Part shown: positions 47,258-58,106 of the stretch, in pieces | Layout: each line of letters begins with the position of its first letter | Position numbering within the stretch: the stretch's first letter is position 1 | DNA from: Acidimicrobiia bacterium | Lineage (GTDB): Bacteria > Actinomycetota > Acidimicrobiia > Spongiisociales > ZC4RG35 | NCBI GenBank assembly: GCA_041742825.1 | Contig: JBGTNX010000062.1 | Span: 1 to 59,562, forward strand | DNA length: 59,562 nt | Direction: 5' to 3' | Translations under genes and position numbers: made by a program | The notes under the pieces: generated by a model | The model's input: only the letters and a program-made list of their open reading frames with translations | What the model was told of the DNA's origin: nothing | Database searches by the model: none

Positions 47258-48520
47258 TCACGCACTCGCCGGAGCGGCAACGGCCGCATCTGTTACCACC
47301 GTTCCATCGCTGCCTGCAACAGCGTTCTTGCCGTTGAAGGCGGCGGGACTGGCGATCACTTCAGCGAAAACCAGCTCCGCTGCCCCCACCAGAGGGGCAT
47401 CGACACCCAACTCGCAGCGACGGATCGTTGCCATTTCTGCGGGCGCTTCAAGTGAGGACTCCTTTGCCCCTCGTCGAACCGAGTTCTCCAGATACTCGAA
47501 CAGCTGCGAATGGAAACCCCCGATGACGACCACCTCAGGATTGAAGCTGTTGATCAAGTTGCCGATCCCGATCCCCAGCCATCGCCCGATATCGTCCAGC
47601 GCTGCGAGAGTCGCGGAGTCGCCCTTGTCGGCTCTGGACACCAACTCCTCGAGTAGTGCCTGACCAACCATTCCGTCCGGGAGCCCGGCGCGGCGAGCCA
47701 GTGCCTCCTCCCCCGCTTCAGTCTCCCAACATCCCATCGAACCACAGCGGCACCGGTGTCCGGCAGGGTTGATCATGTTGTGTCCCGATTCACCGGCGTA
47801 ACCGGCCGACCCCAGCATCGGGGTGCCGTTGATGATGATCCCGGTCCCGATACCCACCTCCCCGGCGACGTAAATCAGGTGGCCGACCCCCCTGCCCGCG
47901 CCCCGCCGGTATTCGCCGAGGGCACCGAGGTCCGCTTCATTGGCGAGCATGATGCGCTCGATCGCGAGTTCTTCAGCGGCGATCTCGCCCAAGGGCACAT
48001 CGCGCCACCCCAGGTTGGGAGCGATGTGGATGAATCCGTCCGAGCGCCGAACCACCCCGGCGACTGCGATGCCGGCACCCACGAGAGTGTGACCTGCCGG
48101 CAGCGCGGCGAGAAGAGGTGCGGCCAGACCAGCCGCATGTTCGATTGCCTCCCTTGGAGACGATGTTCCTCGGGGTCGGGCGACGCGTATCTCGTCGTAC
48201 ACCTTTCCACCGAGGCCAACGGTTCGCGCCGCCACCGAGTCAACGGTCAATTCGAGGGCGAGCACTACCGCCCCATCCGGTCGGGCGCTGGCGACGGGGG
48301 AGGGCCGGCCCGGCCCGACGCTGGCCACGCCGGGACCCTCGGTAACGAGCTCGAGTGCGACCAACTCTCCGATCAGGTCACGGATCGTGGAACGGTTGAG
48401 TCCGGTCCTCACCGCGAGATCGGAGCGGGACAGGGGCCCGGAATGGTGGAGACGGTCGAGGACGGCGGCGAGATTATGCCGCCTCAGCTCGTCGGCGGCG
48501 ACACCACGGCGACGGTTCAC
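47258..48520 (-). CDS. xylR: ROK-family repressor (XylR-like)
   Basis: N-terminal HTH (SRSDLAVRTGLNRSTI), GRP, NEADLGA, GESGH, CRCGSMGCWE; divergent from xylF; start uncertain. Confidence 0.8.
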   Translation of the reverse strand: MNRRRGVAADELRRHNLAAVLDRLHHSGPLSRSDLAVRTGLNRSTIRDLIGELVALELVTEGPGVASVGPGRPSPVASARPDGAVVLALELTVDSVAARTVGLGGKVYDEIRVARPRGTSSPREAIEHAAGLAAPLLAALPAGHTLVGAGIAVAGVVRRSDGFIHIAPNLGWRDVPLGEIAAEELAIERIMLANEADLGALGEYRRGAGRGVGHLIYVAGEVGIGTGIIINGTPMLGSAGYAGESGHNMINPAGHRCRCGSMGCWETEAGEEALARRAGLPDGMVGQALLEELVSRADKGDSATLAALDDIGRWLGIGIGNLINSFNPEVVVIGGFHSQLFEYLENSVRRGAKESSLEAPAEMATIRRCELGVDAPLVGAAELVFAEVIASPAAFNGKNAVAGSDGTVVTDAAVAAPASA

Positions 48521-48566
48521 AGAGCTTCCATCTGAAATCCGACTCGGATTCTGCAACACAGCGCCT

Positions 48567-48676
48567 TTTGTTGTGGACACCACAATATAGATTGCACCAA
48601 TCGCCGAAAGGGAAACGAGATGCTTTCCCAGCAGTTCGCGAAACTCACAGGCTAATTTGTTGCAGAGCAGAACAAT
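48567..48676. promoter_or_regulatory. Two putative ROK operator sites
   Basis: TTTGTTGTGGACACCACAAT (48567) and TTTGTTGCAGAGCAGAACAAT (48656); related motifs precede xylA. Confidence 0.6.
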
Positions 48677-48828
48677 TGGTGGGTATTCTCGTCCGAGCCG
48701 AATCATCAGATGCGGCCGCTGCCCGCCAGCAGCTGCAATTACCCGATCTGATGATGCCCCCGGGTCCGACCCGTAGGGCAAGGTGTCGGGCTTCGTCCCG
48801 GCCGAGGGAGTTACTACGAGGAGGAATA

Positions 48829-49941
48829 TTGAAGACGAAGAAGAACATTTGGGCTCTGCTGGCCGTGCTTGCACTGCTAGCTGCTGCCTGTGGCGACGGA
48901 GGAACCACCGAGACCACCGTCGGTTCCGGCGGCGAGACGACAACAACAGTTGAAGGTGGCGGAGGTGACGACGACATCGTCATCGGCGTCTCCTGGAACA
49001 ACTACAACGAAGAGCGCTGGGCACGTTGGGATGAGCCTGCGATCCGGGATGCCATCGAGGCAGCCGGAGGGACCTACATCTCTACCGACGCCGGCTCTTC
49101 GGCTGAGCAACAAGTCACTGATGTCGAGCAGTTGATCACCGATGGCGCAGACGCGTTGATCATCCTCGCCCAGGACGGAACGGCAATCTTGCCGGCCGTC
49201 GAGAGCGCGCTCGAGCAGGGCATCCCCGTGATCGCCTACGACAGATTGATCGAGGACCCGGAAGCGCTCTATGTCACCTTCGACAACATCGGAGTGGGGC
49301 GGCTTCAAGCCGAGGTCGTGTTTGAGATGGTGCCCGAGGGCAACTACGTGATTATCAAGGGCGACTCCGGCGACGCCAATGCCGACTTCCTCCGTGAAGG
49401 ATTCGAGCAGGTGATCGGTGAGGCTGTCGCGGCTGGCGATATCACAATCGTTGGTGAGAGCTACACCGACAACTGGGACCCGGCGCTCGCGCAGACCCAG
49501 ATGGAGCAGTTCCTCACCCAGGCCAACAACGAGGTCGATGCAGTTCTCTCCGAGAACGACGGCATGGCCAGTGGTGTGGTCTCGGCCCTCGAGGCCCAGG
49601 GCCTTGCCGGTGAAGTGCCGGTCTCGGGCCAGGATGGCGATCTCGCCGCCCTGAACCGGGTTGCTCTGGGAACCCAGTCAGTGTCCGTCTGGAAGGACGC
49701 CCGCGAACTCGGCACAGCAGCCGGCGAGGCTGCCGTAGCCCTGGCACAGGGCACCGCCCTCGCCGACGTCGCTGGCGTGATCCAGTTCGACTCACCGGGC
49801 GGGAACTCCATGACGTCGATCCTCCTCGAGCCGATCGCCATCGTTCAGGACAACCTGAACCTTGTAGTCGACGCAGGATGGATCGAACTCGAGGCCCTGT
49901 GCCAGAACGTCGAAGCAGGCACGGTGGACGTCTGCGAATAG
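48829..49941 (+). CDS. xylF: D-xylose ABC transporter substrate-binding lipoprotein
   Basis: Lipobox AAAC, EERWARWD, IAYDRLI, SENDGMA, SGQDGD, VWKD; TTG start after SD GAGGAGG. Confidence 0.85.
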   Translation: MKTKKNIWALLAVLALLAAACGDGGTTETTVGSGGETTTTVEGGGGDDDIVIGVSWNNYNEERWARWDEPAIRDAIEAAGGTYISTDAGSSAEQQVTDVEQLITDGADALIILAQDGTAILPAVESALEQGIPVIAYDRLIEDPEALYVTFDNIGVGRLQAEVVFEMVPEGNYVIIKGDSGDANADFLREGFEQVIGEAVAAGDITIVGESYTDNWDPALAQTQMEQFLTQANNEVDAVLSENDGMASGVVSALEAQGLAGEVPVSGQDGDLAALNRVALGTQSVSVWKDARELGTAAGEAAVALAQGTALADVAGVIQFDSPGGNSMTSILLEPIAIVQDNLNLVVDAGWIELEALCQNVEAGTVDVCE

Positions 49942-49976
49942 CAGTCGAATCACCCGAAACAGGTAAATGACTATGC

Positions 49977-50010
49977 ACAACGCCCCCGGCCCAGATGCCG
50001 GGGGCGTTGT
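49977..50010 (+). terminator. Strong stem-loop between xylF and xylH (mRNA stabiliser/partial terminator)
   Basis: ACAACGCCCCCGGC-ccagat-GCCGGGGGCGTTGT perfect 14-bp stem. Confidence 0.75.
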
Positions 50011-50034
50011 CTATTCTTCGACGGCGGTGAGCAG

Positions 50035-51357
50035 ATGAGCATTACTGAGTTACCACCCAAGGACTCCGAGCAACTCCACGAGGACTCCCCGCGCGGGTCG
50101 TTGAAGGGAATAATCCGATCCACCGAGATCGATACCCGCATGCTGGGCATGGTCGGGTTGCTGCTTGTGATCTGGGTGGGATTCAACATCATGTCCGGCG
50201 GCACATTCCTGTCGCCCCGGAACCTCTGGAACCTCTCGGTGCAGTTTGCGCCCGTGGCGATCATGGCCACAGGGATGGTGCTCATAATCGTGTCGCGGAA
50301 CATCGACCTCTCGGTCGGTTCGATGCTCGGCTTCGTGGGAATGGCCATGGCGCTGATCCAGGCCGAGATCCTGCCTCGATCGATCGGCTTCGACCACCCG
50401 CTCACGTGGGTCATCGTTCTCCTTGTCGGGCTGCTCCTCGGCGCCCTCGTGGGCATGTTCCAGGGTTTCATCGTCGCCTACGTCGGGGTCCCGTCATTCA
50501 TCGTCACACTCGGCGGGCTCCTGGTCTGGCGGGGAGTCGCCTGGTCGCTCGCCAGCGGGCGGACCGTGGCACCGATGGACTCGACGTTCCAATTGCTCGG
50601 CGGCGGCTCGCGGGGCTCGATCGGCGAGGTTGGAAGCTGGGTGGTAGGCGCCATCGCGTGCGCTGCCATCATATTTGGTCTCATCAGCAGCCGGAGGCGC
50701 CGTATCAAATTCGGGTTCCGCCTCCGTCCGATGTGGGCAGTTGTGGGTCTGGGTGTAGTCGGTTGCCTGGCCGTGCTCGGAGCGGTGTGGGTGATGAACA
50801 GCTACTACCTGCCCGAGAACGTGGCCCGCCAGGTTGCAGAAGATCAAGGGATCGCCTGGCCCGCGGGAGGGCTGCAGATTCCGCTCGGAATTTCCTATCC
50901 CGTGCTCATCGCCATCGGGATGATGTTGATCATGGGTTTCATCGCCAATCGCCGACGATTCGGACGGTACGTTTTCTCCATCGGCGGCAATCCCGAAGCA
51001 GCGGAACTCGGTGGCATCAATACCAAGTGGACCGTGGTCAAAGCGTTCATGGTCATGGGCATCCTCGTCGGAGTCGCTGCAGCGGTGACGATCGCCCGGC
51101 TCAACGCGGCTACAAGCGGTCTTGGCACGCTCTCGGAGCTCTACGTGATTGCAGCTGCGGTAATCGGAGGCACGTCCCTCGCCGGGGGCATCGGAACTGT
51201 GCAGGGTGCAGTGCTCGGTGCTCTCGTCATGCAGTCGCTGCAGTCGGGCATGGTGCTGATGCGTGTCGATGCGCCGCTTCAGGACATCGTGGTGGGAATC
51301 GTGCTGGTAGCGGCCGTGGCGGTTGATGTGTTCTTCCGGAGGAGGTCGGAGCGATGA
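50035..51357 (+). CDS. xylH: Xylose ABC transporter permease
   Basis: [49 protein letters not shown]. Confidence 0.85.
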   Translation: MSITELPPKDSEQLHEDSPRGSLKGIIRSTEIDTRMLGMVGLLLVIWVGFNIMSGGTFLSPRNLWNLSVQFAPVAIMATGMVLIIVSRNIDLSVGSMLGFVGMAMALIQAEILPRSIGFDHPLTWVIVLLVGLLLGALVGMFQGFIVAYVGVPSFIVTLGGLLVWRGVAWSLASGRTVAPMDSTFQLLGGGSRGSIGEVGSWVVGAIACAAIIFGLISSRRRRIKFGFRLRPMWAVVGLGVVGCLAVLGAVWVMNSYYLPENVARQVAEDQGIAWPAGGLQIPLGISYPVLIAIGMMLIMGFIANRRRFGRYVFSIGGNPEAAELGGINTKWTVVKAFMVMGILVGVAAAVTIARLNAATSGLGTLSELYVIAAAVIGGTSLAGGIGTVQGAVLGALVMQSLQSGMVLMRVDAPLQDIVVGIVLVAAVAVDVFFRRRSER

Positions 51358-52139
51358 ACGACCAGGTGACACCGTTGGTCGAGATGCGGGAAATGAGCGT
51401 CAGTTTCGGTGGTGTGCACGCCGTCGAAAACGTGAACTTCAACCTGATGCCGGGAGAGATCCATGCCCTGGTTGGTGGGAACGGTGCCGGAAAGTCCACC
51501 CTGGTGAAGACACTGGCCGGGGCGCAGCGTGCCGACTCCGGGCAGATCTACGTCGACGGAGAGCCGGTTTCGATCGCCAACCCGAGAGATGCGAAGGCAT
51601 TGGGAATCGAGACGATCTATCAGAACCTTGCCCTGGCGGAGAACATCGACGCTCCCGGAAACATGTTCCTCGGGAGGGAGCTCACCACCGGCTTCGGCAA
51701 CCTCGACGACTCGGCGATGGAGAACGCGACCCGAAAGATCATGGGACGCCTCAACCCGAAATTCGAGAACTTCACCCGCCCGGTCGCATTTCTCTCCGGA
51801 GGCCAGCGACAGTCCGTTGCCATCGCCCGGGCCGTCCACTTCAACGCCCGCATCCTCATCATGGATGAGCCGACGGCAGCGCTTGGCCCCTCAGAGACCG
51901 AGCAGGTGCGCAACCTGATCCGACAGCTCAAAACCGAGGGCATAGGGATCGTCCTCATCAGCCACGACATCCACGACGTGTTCGACCTGGCCGACCGGAC
52001 CACTGTCATGCTCCAGGGCAAGGTCGTCGGCACCGTGTCCAAGGGCGAGGTGACGATGGATGAGATCCTGGCCATGATCATCATCGGCAAAGCCCCCCAG
52101 GACCTGACCCAGAGCGAGATTGCCGAAATCCGCGGCTGA
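51354..52139 (+). CDS. xylG: Sugar ABC transporter ATP-binding subunit (single NBD)
   Basis: [24 protein letters not shown]. Confidence 0.8.
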   Translation: MNDQVTPLVEMREMSVSFGGVHAVENVNFNLMPGEIHALVGGNGAGKSTLVKTLAGAQRADSGQIYVDGEPVSIANPRDAKALGIETIYQNLALAENIDAPGNMFLGRELTTGFGNLDDSAMENATRKIMGRLNPKFENFTRPVAFLSGGQRQSVAIARAVHFNARILIMDEPTAALGPSETEQVRNLIRQLKTEGIGIVLISHDIHDVFDLADRTTVMLQGKVVGTVSKGEVTMDEILAMIIIGKAPQDLTQSEIAEIRG

Positions 52140-52142
52140 TCT

Positions 52143-53651
52143 CTAGCCGGCGGACCTTTCGCCGGAAATAATCGCGTTGAAGCTTGGGCTCAGCGCCGGA
52201 TACAGGTCGCGGTAGACCCGATGAGCTGCTTGATACTTGCCGGTATCTTCCGAGGGGCTGGCCGCAGGTTGGATGGTGACAACATCGGCGCACGCGGCTT
52301 CCACGCTCTCGAACCATCCTGAGCCAGTTGCCGCAAGCAGTCCCGCCCCGTAGGCGGCTCCTTCTTCTGTCGCTACGGTGGCAATCTCGGCTCGAAGAAC
52401 GTCGGCGAGGATCTGGCGCCACAGACTGCTCCGTGTTCCTCCACCGGAAGCCCTGATCTGGACCGGGGTGTCAAGACCGGCCTCCTGCATGAGGTCGAGG
52501 CCGTCCCGCAAGCCAAACGCTACCCCCTCCAATACGGCGCGGGTCAGGTGCCGGATGTCGTGTCTGATGGTCAAACCGACGAAGGCACCCCTGGCCGCCG
52601 GGTCGGCATGGGGTGTCCGTTCCCCGGTGAGATAGGGAAGGAAGAAGAGCCCGTCGCTGCCGGCCTCGACTTCGGCCGCACCGGCGGTCAGTTCGTCGAA
52701 CGACTTCCCGGGAGCGATAGCATCCCGGAACCAACGGAAACTTCCTGCCGCGGAGAGCATCACGCCCATCATGTGCCAGCGGCCGGGGACCGCATGGCAG
52801 AAGGAGTGGACGCGGCCACCGGCTTCGATAGAAGGGCCGTCTGTGGTGGCGAAGACCACACCGGAGGTACCCAAAGAGAGGGCAACCACGCCCGACTCGA
52901 CAGCACCCACTCCTACAGCATTTGCCGACTGGTCGCCGCCACCGGCGATAACCGGTGTTCCGGCCGCCAGGCCAGTAGCGGCAGCGGCGTCGTGGTGGAT
53001 GGTCCCGGTGATCTCCGGGCCCTCAAAAGTCGGTGGCAGTAGGGCGCGGTCGATGCCCAGGGCGTCGAGCACCTCCAGAGACCACGTCCGGCGGGCGAGG
53101 TCGAAAAGGATTGTCCCCGATCCGCCGGCGACATCCATTGCGTATTCCCCGGTCAGCCGATAACGGAGGTAGTCCTTCGGTAGCAAAACGTGTCTTACCT
53201 TCGCCCAGTTCTCCGGCTCGTTGTTCGCCACCCAGAGCAGCTTCGGCGCGGTGAAACCGGTGAGGGCATCGTTTCCGGTGATCTGGATCAAGCGTTCGGC
53301 ACCCACCTTCTGGCGGATTTCGTCGCACTCTGCCGCGGTCCGCTGGTCGTTCCAGAGGATTGCCGGCCTGACCACATCGCCGTTTTCGTCGAGGAGAACC
53401 GAACCGTGCATCTGCCCGGTGAGGCCGACCGCCTCCACATCTGAGCCCTTTACGTTGCTGGCAGCGAGGACGTTTCCGACGGCCTCGATGGCGCCTTCCC
53501 ACCACCGAGCGGGTTCCTGTTCCGTCCAGAGTGGCCGGGGGGTCTCGTATCCGTAGGACGCCGTTCCGACGCCTCTGACTGCGCCCGCGTCGTCGACGAG
53601 GATCGCTTTGGTGGCGGTCGTCGAGACATCGAGGCCAATGACAAAGCTCAT
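52143..53651 (-). CDS. xylB: Xylulokinase
   Basis: GLDVSTTATK, TGQMHG, ILWNDQR, GGGDQ, PYLTGERTPH. Confidence 0.92.
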   Translation of the reverse strand: MSFVIGLDVSTTATKAILVDDAGAVRGVGTASYGYETPRPLWTEQEPARWWEGAIEAVGNVLAASNVKGSDVEAVGLTGQMHGSVLLDENGDVVRPAILWNDQRTAAECDEIRQKVGAERLIQITGNDALTGFTAPKLLWVANNEPENWAKVRHVLLPKDYLRYRLTGEYAMDVAGGSGTILFDLARRTWSLEVLDALGIDRALLPPTFEGPEITGTIHHDAAAATGLAAGTPVIAGGGDQSANAVGVGAVESGVVALSLGTSGVVFATTDGPSIEAGGRVHSFCHAVPGRWHMMGVMLSAAGSFRWFRDAIAPGKSFDELTAGAAEVEAGSDGLFFLPYLTGERTPHADPAARGAFVGLTIRHDIRHLTRAVLEGVAFGLRDGLDLMQEAGLDTPVQIRASGGGTRSSLWRQILADVLRAEIATVATEEGAAYGAGLLAATGSGWFESVEAACADVVTIQPAASPSEDTGKYQAAHRVYRDLYPALSPSFNAIISGERSAG

Positions 53652-54499
53652 GCGGTCACCGTGGCGATTGCGGATTCGAGATCGCCACAGGGGACTACTT
53701 CCCAGACCTCGGTGTGCGTGACATCCTCGCCAGGCTCGAGGCGGACCAGAGGCCCGACGCTCTCCACTTCACAGAACAGTTCGTTGGCGTAGACCTGGGC
53801 GATTGCGCCGCGGTCGGGATATTCCCCGGTTGGGGCAGAGAAACGCTTGGTGAACAAATGGCCGTCTCTGAAGTATCCGGCGCAGCGGGGGTCCGGCCCG
53901 GAGCCCAGCTTGACCGGCTTCCCGGGTGAGGCATGGATCAACGCTGCTTCCCCGGCCCAGGATATCCGTTCGTCGTCGAGGCGGGTGTACGGCCACACGA
54001 CGAGGCTCCTGTCTGCTCCGGGACCTTCGCCGGAACCCACGACGGGGAGGATGGCGACACCCCCCAGGGCGACCTGCGTGATTGCCCATGGGCTGGCTTC
54101 GATCGGTTTCTCTCCTACCCAGCCCAGGCGATGATCGACTTTGAGCCCGGACTTCGACCAGTGGAGTTGGATCGCCTTCTCGAAGCCGGCCATATCCGCC
54201 GGGGCGGTGATGGTGAGGCTGTCGGTCCCCGAAGTGATTGTGCATTCCCGGTCGTCGGGTGCGTAGGTGATAGGGGGGTCCTCCGGAGACACCCAGAGCC
54301 GATGCCCGCCCCGGAACTGGTACTCCGATCCGGAGGGGTGGGTGGCTGACACTTCCGGGTCGAGTGTGACGAAAATCTCAGGGCTGTCGGTGTGCTTGAA
54401 GCCGACGACTCGGGGTCCAAACGCTGTTGCAACAGCCACCTCAAACGGTCCTAGCCGGTGAGTTACCTCGCTCGGGTTCTCGGATCCGGGCCTTGCCAA
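53648..54499 (-). CDS. Hypothetical protein, galactose mutarotase-like (DUF4380-like)
   Basis: GPRVV, GGHRLWVSPE...YAPD, PWAITQ, YPDRG, EVESVGPL..LEPGE..THTEVW; TTG start inferred. Confidence 0.65.
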   Translation of the reverse strand: MARPGSENPSEVTHRLGPFEVAVATAFGPRVVGFKHTDSPEIFVTLDPEVSATHPSGSEYQFRGGHRLWVSPEDPPITYAPDDRECTITSGTDSLTITAPADMAGFEKAIQLHWSKSGLKVDHRLGWVGEKPIEASPWAITQVALGGVAILPVVGSGEGPGADRSLVVWPYTRLDDERISWAGEAALIHASPGKPVKLGSGPDPRCAGYFRDGHLFTKRFSAPTGEYPDRGAIAQVYANELFCEVESVGPLVRLEPGEDVTHTEVWEVVPCGDLESAIATVTA

Positions 54500-54503
54500 A
54501 CCT

Positions 54504-55841
54504 CTACTTCTCCTGTGACCAGATGACGCGGTTGGTCCTGTTTTCGAGTAGCTCCTGGCTTCCGGAAACGGGCGCCGGATCGACGTCGCCGGACATGACT
54601 TTGTCTTCGAGGGTTTCGAGGGTCTCGGTTCCCTCCAGAATCTGTCTGCCGAGATCGTCGGACCACCCGGCATACCTCTCCGCGAGCGGCCCGGAGAGTG
54701 TCTCTTGTTCGACGAGGTCGGCGGCGACGAGTAGTGCTTTGGCGAGGGTGTCGATTCCGCCGATGTGGCCATGGAAGAGATCGGTGCGGTCGATCGACTG
54801 ACGGCGCAGTTTGGTGTCGAAATTGAAGCCGCCGGTGGTGAACCCCCCACCACGCAGGATCTCATAGAGCACCAAGGAGAGCTCGTCGACCGAGTTGGGG
54901 AACTGGTCGGTGTCCCAACCGTTCTGGTAGTCGCCGCGGTTGGCGTCGACCGACCCGAAGATGCCGTTGGCGACGGCGTACGCCACCTCATGGTGGAAGC
55001 TGTGCCCGGCGAGGGTTGCGTGGTTCCCCTCGATGTTCACCTTGTATTCGTCGACCAGGTCGAAGCCCTCGAGGAAGCCATGGACAGATTGGCTGTCGTA
55101 GTCGTATTGATGCTTGGTGGGCTCGGCCGGCTTCGGCTCGATGAGGAGGGTCCCTTCGAAGCCGATCCTGTGCTTGTGGGCGGCGACCAGCGTGAGAAAC
55201 CGGGCGAACTGCTCCCGTTCCTGTTTGAGGTCGGTGTTGAGCAGCGTCTCATAGCCCTCGCGCCCTCCCCAGAGCACGTAGTTGGCGCCACCGAGGCGGT
55301 GGGTCGCTTCGAGGACGTGCTTGACCTGGGCTGCGGCGTAGGCGAACACTTCCGGATCGGGGTTTGTGGCGGCGCCCGCTGCATAGCGGGGATGGCTGAA
55401 CAGGTTGGCAGTGCCCCACAGAAGTTGGATACCGGTTTCTGCCATCTTCTCCTCGGCGTAGCCGACCATCTCCTCGAGGTTCCGGGCCGTCCCCGCAAAG
55501 GTGTCGGCCTCAGGGGCGATGTCGACGTCGTGAAAGCAGAAGAAGGGGACGCCGAGCTTGGTCACGAATTCGAAGGCTGTGTCCATCTTCTGACGCGCGG
55601 CTGCGATCGGGTCCCCCGTGCCCGCCAGCCAGGGCCGGTCGAAAGTTCCCGCGCCGAACACGTCACTACCCGGCCAGTTGAACGAATGCCAGTAACACAC
55701 CGCGATGCGAAGATGGTCCTCCATCCGCTTCCCGAGGACGATGCGATCCGGTTCGTACACCTGGAAAGCCAGATCGTTGTCTGACCCAAGCCCCTCGAAC
55801 CCGATGCGATCGGTAATCCCGACAAAGAACTCATCCGCCAT
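54504..55841 (-). CDS. xylA: Xylose isomerase (class II)
   Basis: [52 protein letters not shown]; SD GGAGGAG. Confidence 0.96.
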   Translation of the reverse strand: MADEFFVGITDRIGFEGLGSDNDLAFQVYEPDRIVLGKRMEDHLRIAVCYWHSFNWPGSDVFGAGTFDRPWLAGTGDPIAAARQKMDTAFEFVTKLGVPFFCFHDVDIAPEADTFAGTARNLEEMVGYAEEKMAETGIQLLWGTANLFSHPRYAAGAATNPDPEVFAYAAAQVKHVLEATHRLGGANYVLWGGREGYETLLNTDLKQEREQFARFLTLVAAHKHRIGFEGTLLIEPKPAEPTKHQYDYDSQSVHGFLEGFDLVDEYKVNIEGNHATLAGHSFHHEVAYAVANGIFGSVDANRGDYQNGWDTDQFPNSVDELSLVLYEILRGGGFTTGGFNFDTKLRRQSIDRTDLFHGHIGGIDTLAKALLVAADLVEQETLSGPLAERYAGWSDDLGRQILEGTETLETLEDKVMSGDVDPAPVSGSQELLENRTNRVIWSQEK

Positions 55842-55893
55842 AACAACTCCTCCGAACGCCCCGACGATACCGGGATCACTTGATTTGCCCTTT

Positions 55894-55956
55894 TTTGTCG
55901 GGCCAATTCCGACAATTGTCGTTCTCCACAACAAATTGACTGGATGCTGCAACAAA
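55894..55956. promoter_or_regulatory. Cluster of putative ROK operator sites upstream of xylA
   Basis: TTTGTCGGGCCAATTCCGACAAT; minus-strand TTTGTTGTGGAGAACGACAAT and TTTGTTGCAGCATCCAGTCAAT. Confidence 0.6.
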
Positions 55957-56031
55957 ATCACCGGTATGTCAAACGGGCTCCGACTCCTGCAAATAGCGCC
56001 GGATAGCCTCCCGGTCCGACGCTTCGAGGCC

Positions 56032-56496
56032 TTAGTGGGCTTCTTCGATGTCTTCGGGGTCGATATCGATGATTTCGCCCCCGCCCGGGGCCAGGTCTGG
56101 ACGCCCGGCGCGGAAGGTCTGGCCCGCTGCCGTAAACACCGTGAACCTCGAGCTCAGCCGTTTCGAAACCACCCCGTGGATCCCGTGACGCACTGCCGGC
56201 ACCAGGAGCAGGAAACCGATGGCGTCGGTGATGAAACCCGGCGAGATCAGGAAGGCCCCGGCGACCAGGACTGCTGCCCCATCGCTCAATTCCCGGCCCG
56301 GCATCTGACTCTGTCCGATCCGCTGCTGGATCCGGTCGAGAACCGAGAGGCCAGCCCGTTTTACCAGGATGGACCCGATTACGGCGGTGGCCAGAGCTAT
56401 CCCCAGAGCCCAGCCCAGTCCGATCCAGTACTGGACCCAGAAGAACGTCGCCATCTCAGCAAGGGCGATCAGACCGAACAAAGCGAAAAAACGCAT
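56032..56496 (-). CDS. fxsA: FxsA family membrane protein
   Basis: [25 protein letters not shown]-terminal EIID. Confidence 0.88.
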   Translation of the reverse strand: MRFFALFGLIALAEMATFFWVQYWIGLGWALGIALATAVIGSILVKRAGLSVLDRIQQRIGQSQMPGRELSDGAAVLVAGAFLISPGFITDAIGFLLLVPAVRHGIHGVVSKRLSSRFTVFTAAGQTFRAGRPDLAPGGGEIIDIDPEDIEEAH

Positions 56497-56550
56497 TAGG
56501 TAACGGTAGAGCGGCGACGGGGTAACCCGCAGCTACGAGGGGGCGATGAG

Positions 56551-57420
56551 CTAGGCCCGGCTCAATGGCATGGCCTCGTTCAAAAAAGCGAGCTTGTTGG
56601 GGTTGCGGATGGCGTAGAGGTGGGTGATCAGCCCGTCGTCGACAGTGAGGCCGATGGCGGTGTCGAGCTTGCCATTGAGCTCGATGTAGAGTGCCGGGGC
56701 ACCGTTCATGAACGTGCTCGAGACGACTGCGCCCGACGACCGGGCGGCGAAGGCTGCAAGCAGTTGGGCGACTTTTTCGGCTCCGCTGACCGGTTGACGC
56801 ACTGCTGGCACAAGGCCACCCCCGTCGGCGACCAGGACCACATCAGGGGCCAGCACCGCGATGAGCGCCAGGATGTCGCCGGTCTCGGCTGCTGCCCGGA
56901 ACGAGTCAACCGCTGCCTGTTGCTCATCCTGGCTCGGCGTCATCCGGGGGCGCCGTGCTGAAACATGGTTTCGGGCCCGGTGGGCGATCTGTCGAACGGC
57001 CGTCGGGGACTTGTCGACAGCCTCGGCGATCTCCTCATAGGGAACTCCGAATACCTCACGGAGCACGAATACGACCCGCTCGTCTGGACCGAGGGTCTCG
57101 AGCACGGTGAGCACTGCGATCGAGACGCTCTCGGCGAGTTCGACGTCGTCGGCGACATCTGGTGTTGTCAGCAGCGGCTCGGGCAGCCACTCTCCGACGT
57201 AGGTCTCCCGACGCCGGCTCACAGTTCGGAGCCGGTCGAGAGCTTGTCTGGTGACGATCCGCACCAGGTACGCCCGGGGATTGAGTACCTCGGTTTGATC
57301 GACGCCGGTCCACCGCAGCCAGGTCTCCTGGACGACGTCTTCGGCGTCGGCTGCCGAGCCCAACATCTCGTAGGCGACCGTGAACAGAAGACTGCGGTGG
57401 GTTACGAACGGATCGGTCAT
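56551..57420 (-). CDS. ECF41 sigma factor (SigJ-like) with SnoaL-like C-terminal extension
   Basis: DAEDVVQE, YVGEWLPEP linker, DGGG, RNPNKL. Confidence 0.92.
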   Translation of the reverse strand: MTDPFVTHRSLLFTVAYEMLGSAADAEDVVQETWLRWTGVDQTEVLNPRAYLVRIVTRQALDRLRTVSRRRETYVGEWLPEPLLTTPDVADDVELAESVSIAVLTVLETLGPDERVVFVLREVFGVPYEEIAEAVDKSPTAVRQIAHRARNHVSARRPRMTPSQDEQQAAVDSFRAAAETGDILALIAVLAPDVVLVADGGGLVPAVRQPVSGAEKVAQLLAAFAARSSGAVVSSTFMNGAPALYIELNGKLDTAIGLTVDDGLITHLYAIRNPNKLAFLNEAMPLSRA

Positions 57421-57421
57421 G

Positions 57422-58006
57422 TCACGAGGCTAGGTACGAAGGCGCGGCGAGTGGTTCCAGCCCGCAGGAGGCGGCAAGCCCCTGGGACTCGATGCCGAAT
57501 GCGACACTGGTCCTCGTGTAGACGTTGGCGAGGGCGATGAATGCAGAGAGCTCCACCAGAGCCGGTGCCCCGAGTTGATCCAGCAGCCGTGCCGAAAGCT
57601 CATCGGTGACGGTGGGCGGAGTCTCGCTCATCGCTTCGGAGTACTCCATCACGTCACGTTCCAGAGCGGTGAAGACGTCCGATTCGCGCCAGATCGGCAC
57701 CTGGCGGGCCTTCGCCTCGTCGAGGCCCTCGTTGTGTGCCATGAAGTAGCCGAAGTCGAGGCACCACGTGCATCCGAGCAACGACGCGACCGCCATGTGC
57801 GCGAACGACTTCAGGTCCTCGTCGCAAGCGTCCCACTTTCTCGACTTCTGCCCGAGGACGAAGTAGAACTTGAGCACCGGCTTGTTATGCCAGTACACCC
57901 CGATCGGTTCGGCCACGTTGCCGAACATCTTCTTGCTGAACCGCTTCACGATCGCGCCGTAGATGCCGGAGATCTCGGTCTTGGGAATTCGGGAAGTGTC
58001 TGTCAT
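57422..58006 (-). CDS. Carboxymuconolactone decarboxylase/AhpD-like protein
   Basis: GCTWCLDFG CxxC, WRESDVFTALER; canonical ECF41 partner. Confidence 0.88.
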   Translation of the reverse strand: MTDTSRIPKTEISGIYGAIVKRFSKKMFGNVAEPIGVYWHNKPVLKFYFVLGQKSRKWDACDEDLKSFAHMAVASLLGCTWCLDFGYFMAHNEGLDEAKARQVPIWRESDVFTALERDVMEYSEAMSETPPTVTDELSARLLDQLGAPALVELSAFIALANVYTRTSVAFGIESQGLAASCGLEPLAAPSYLAS

Positions 58007-58040
58007 GTCTGTCTCCTGTACTGGATGGTTTCGACATAGA

Positions 58041-58067
58041 GACGCCGGCCGACCCCGTTTTGTGACA
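58041..58067 (-). promoter_or_regulatory. ECF41-dependent promoter
   Basis: Minus strand TGTCACA-n16-CGTC, an exact match to the ECF41 consensus, 35 bp upstream of the CMD gene. Confidence 0.88.
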
Positions 58068-58106
58068 TCCGGGTCTCAGAAGGGCTCCCGCCTCACAGCG
58101 GAGGAG

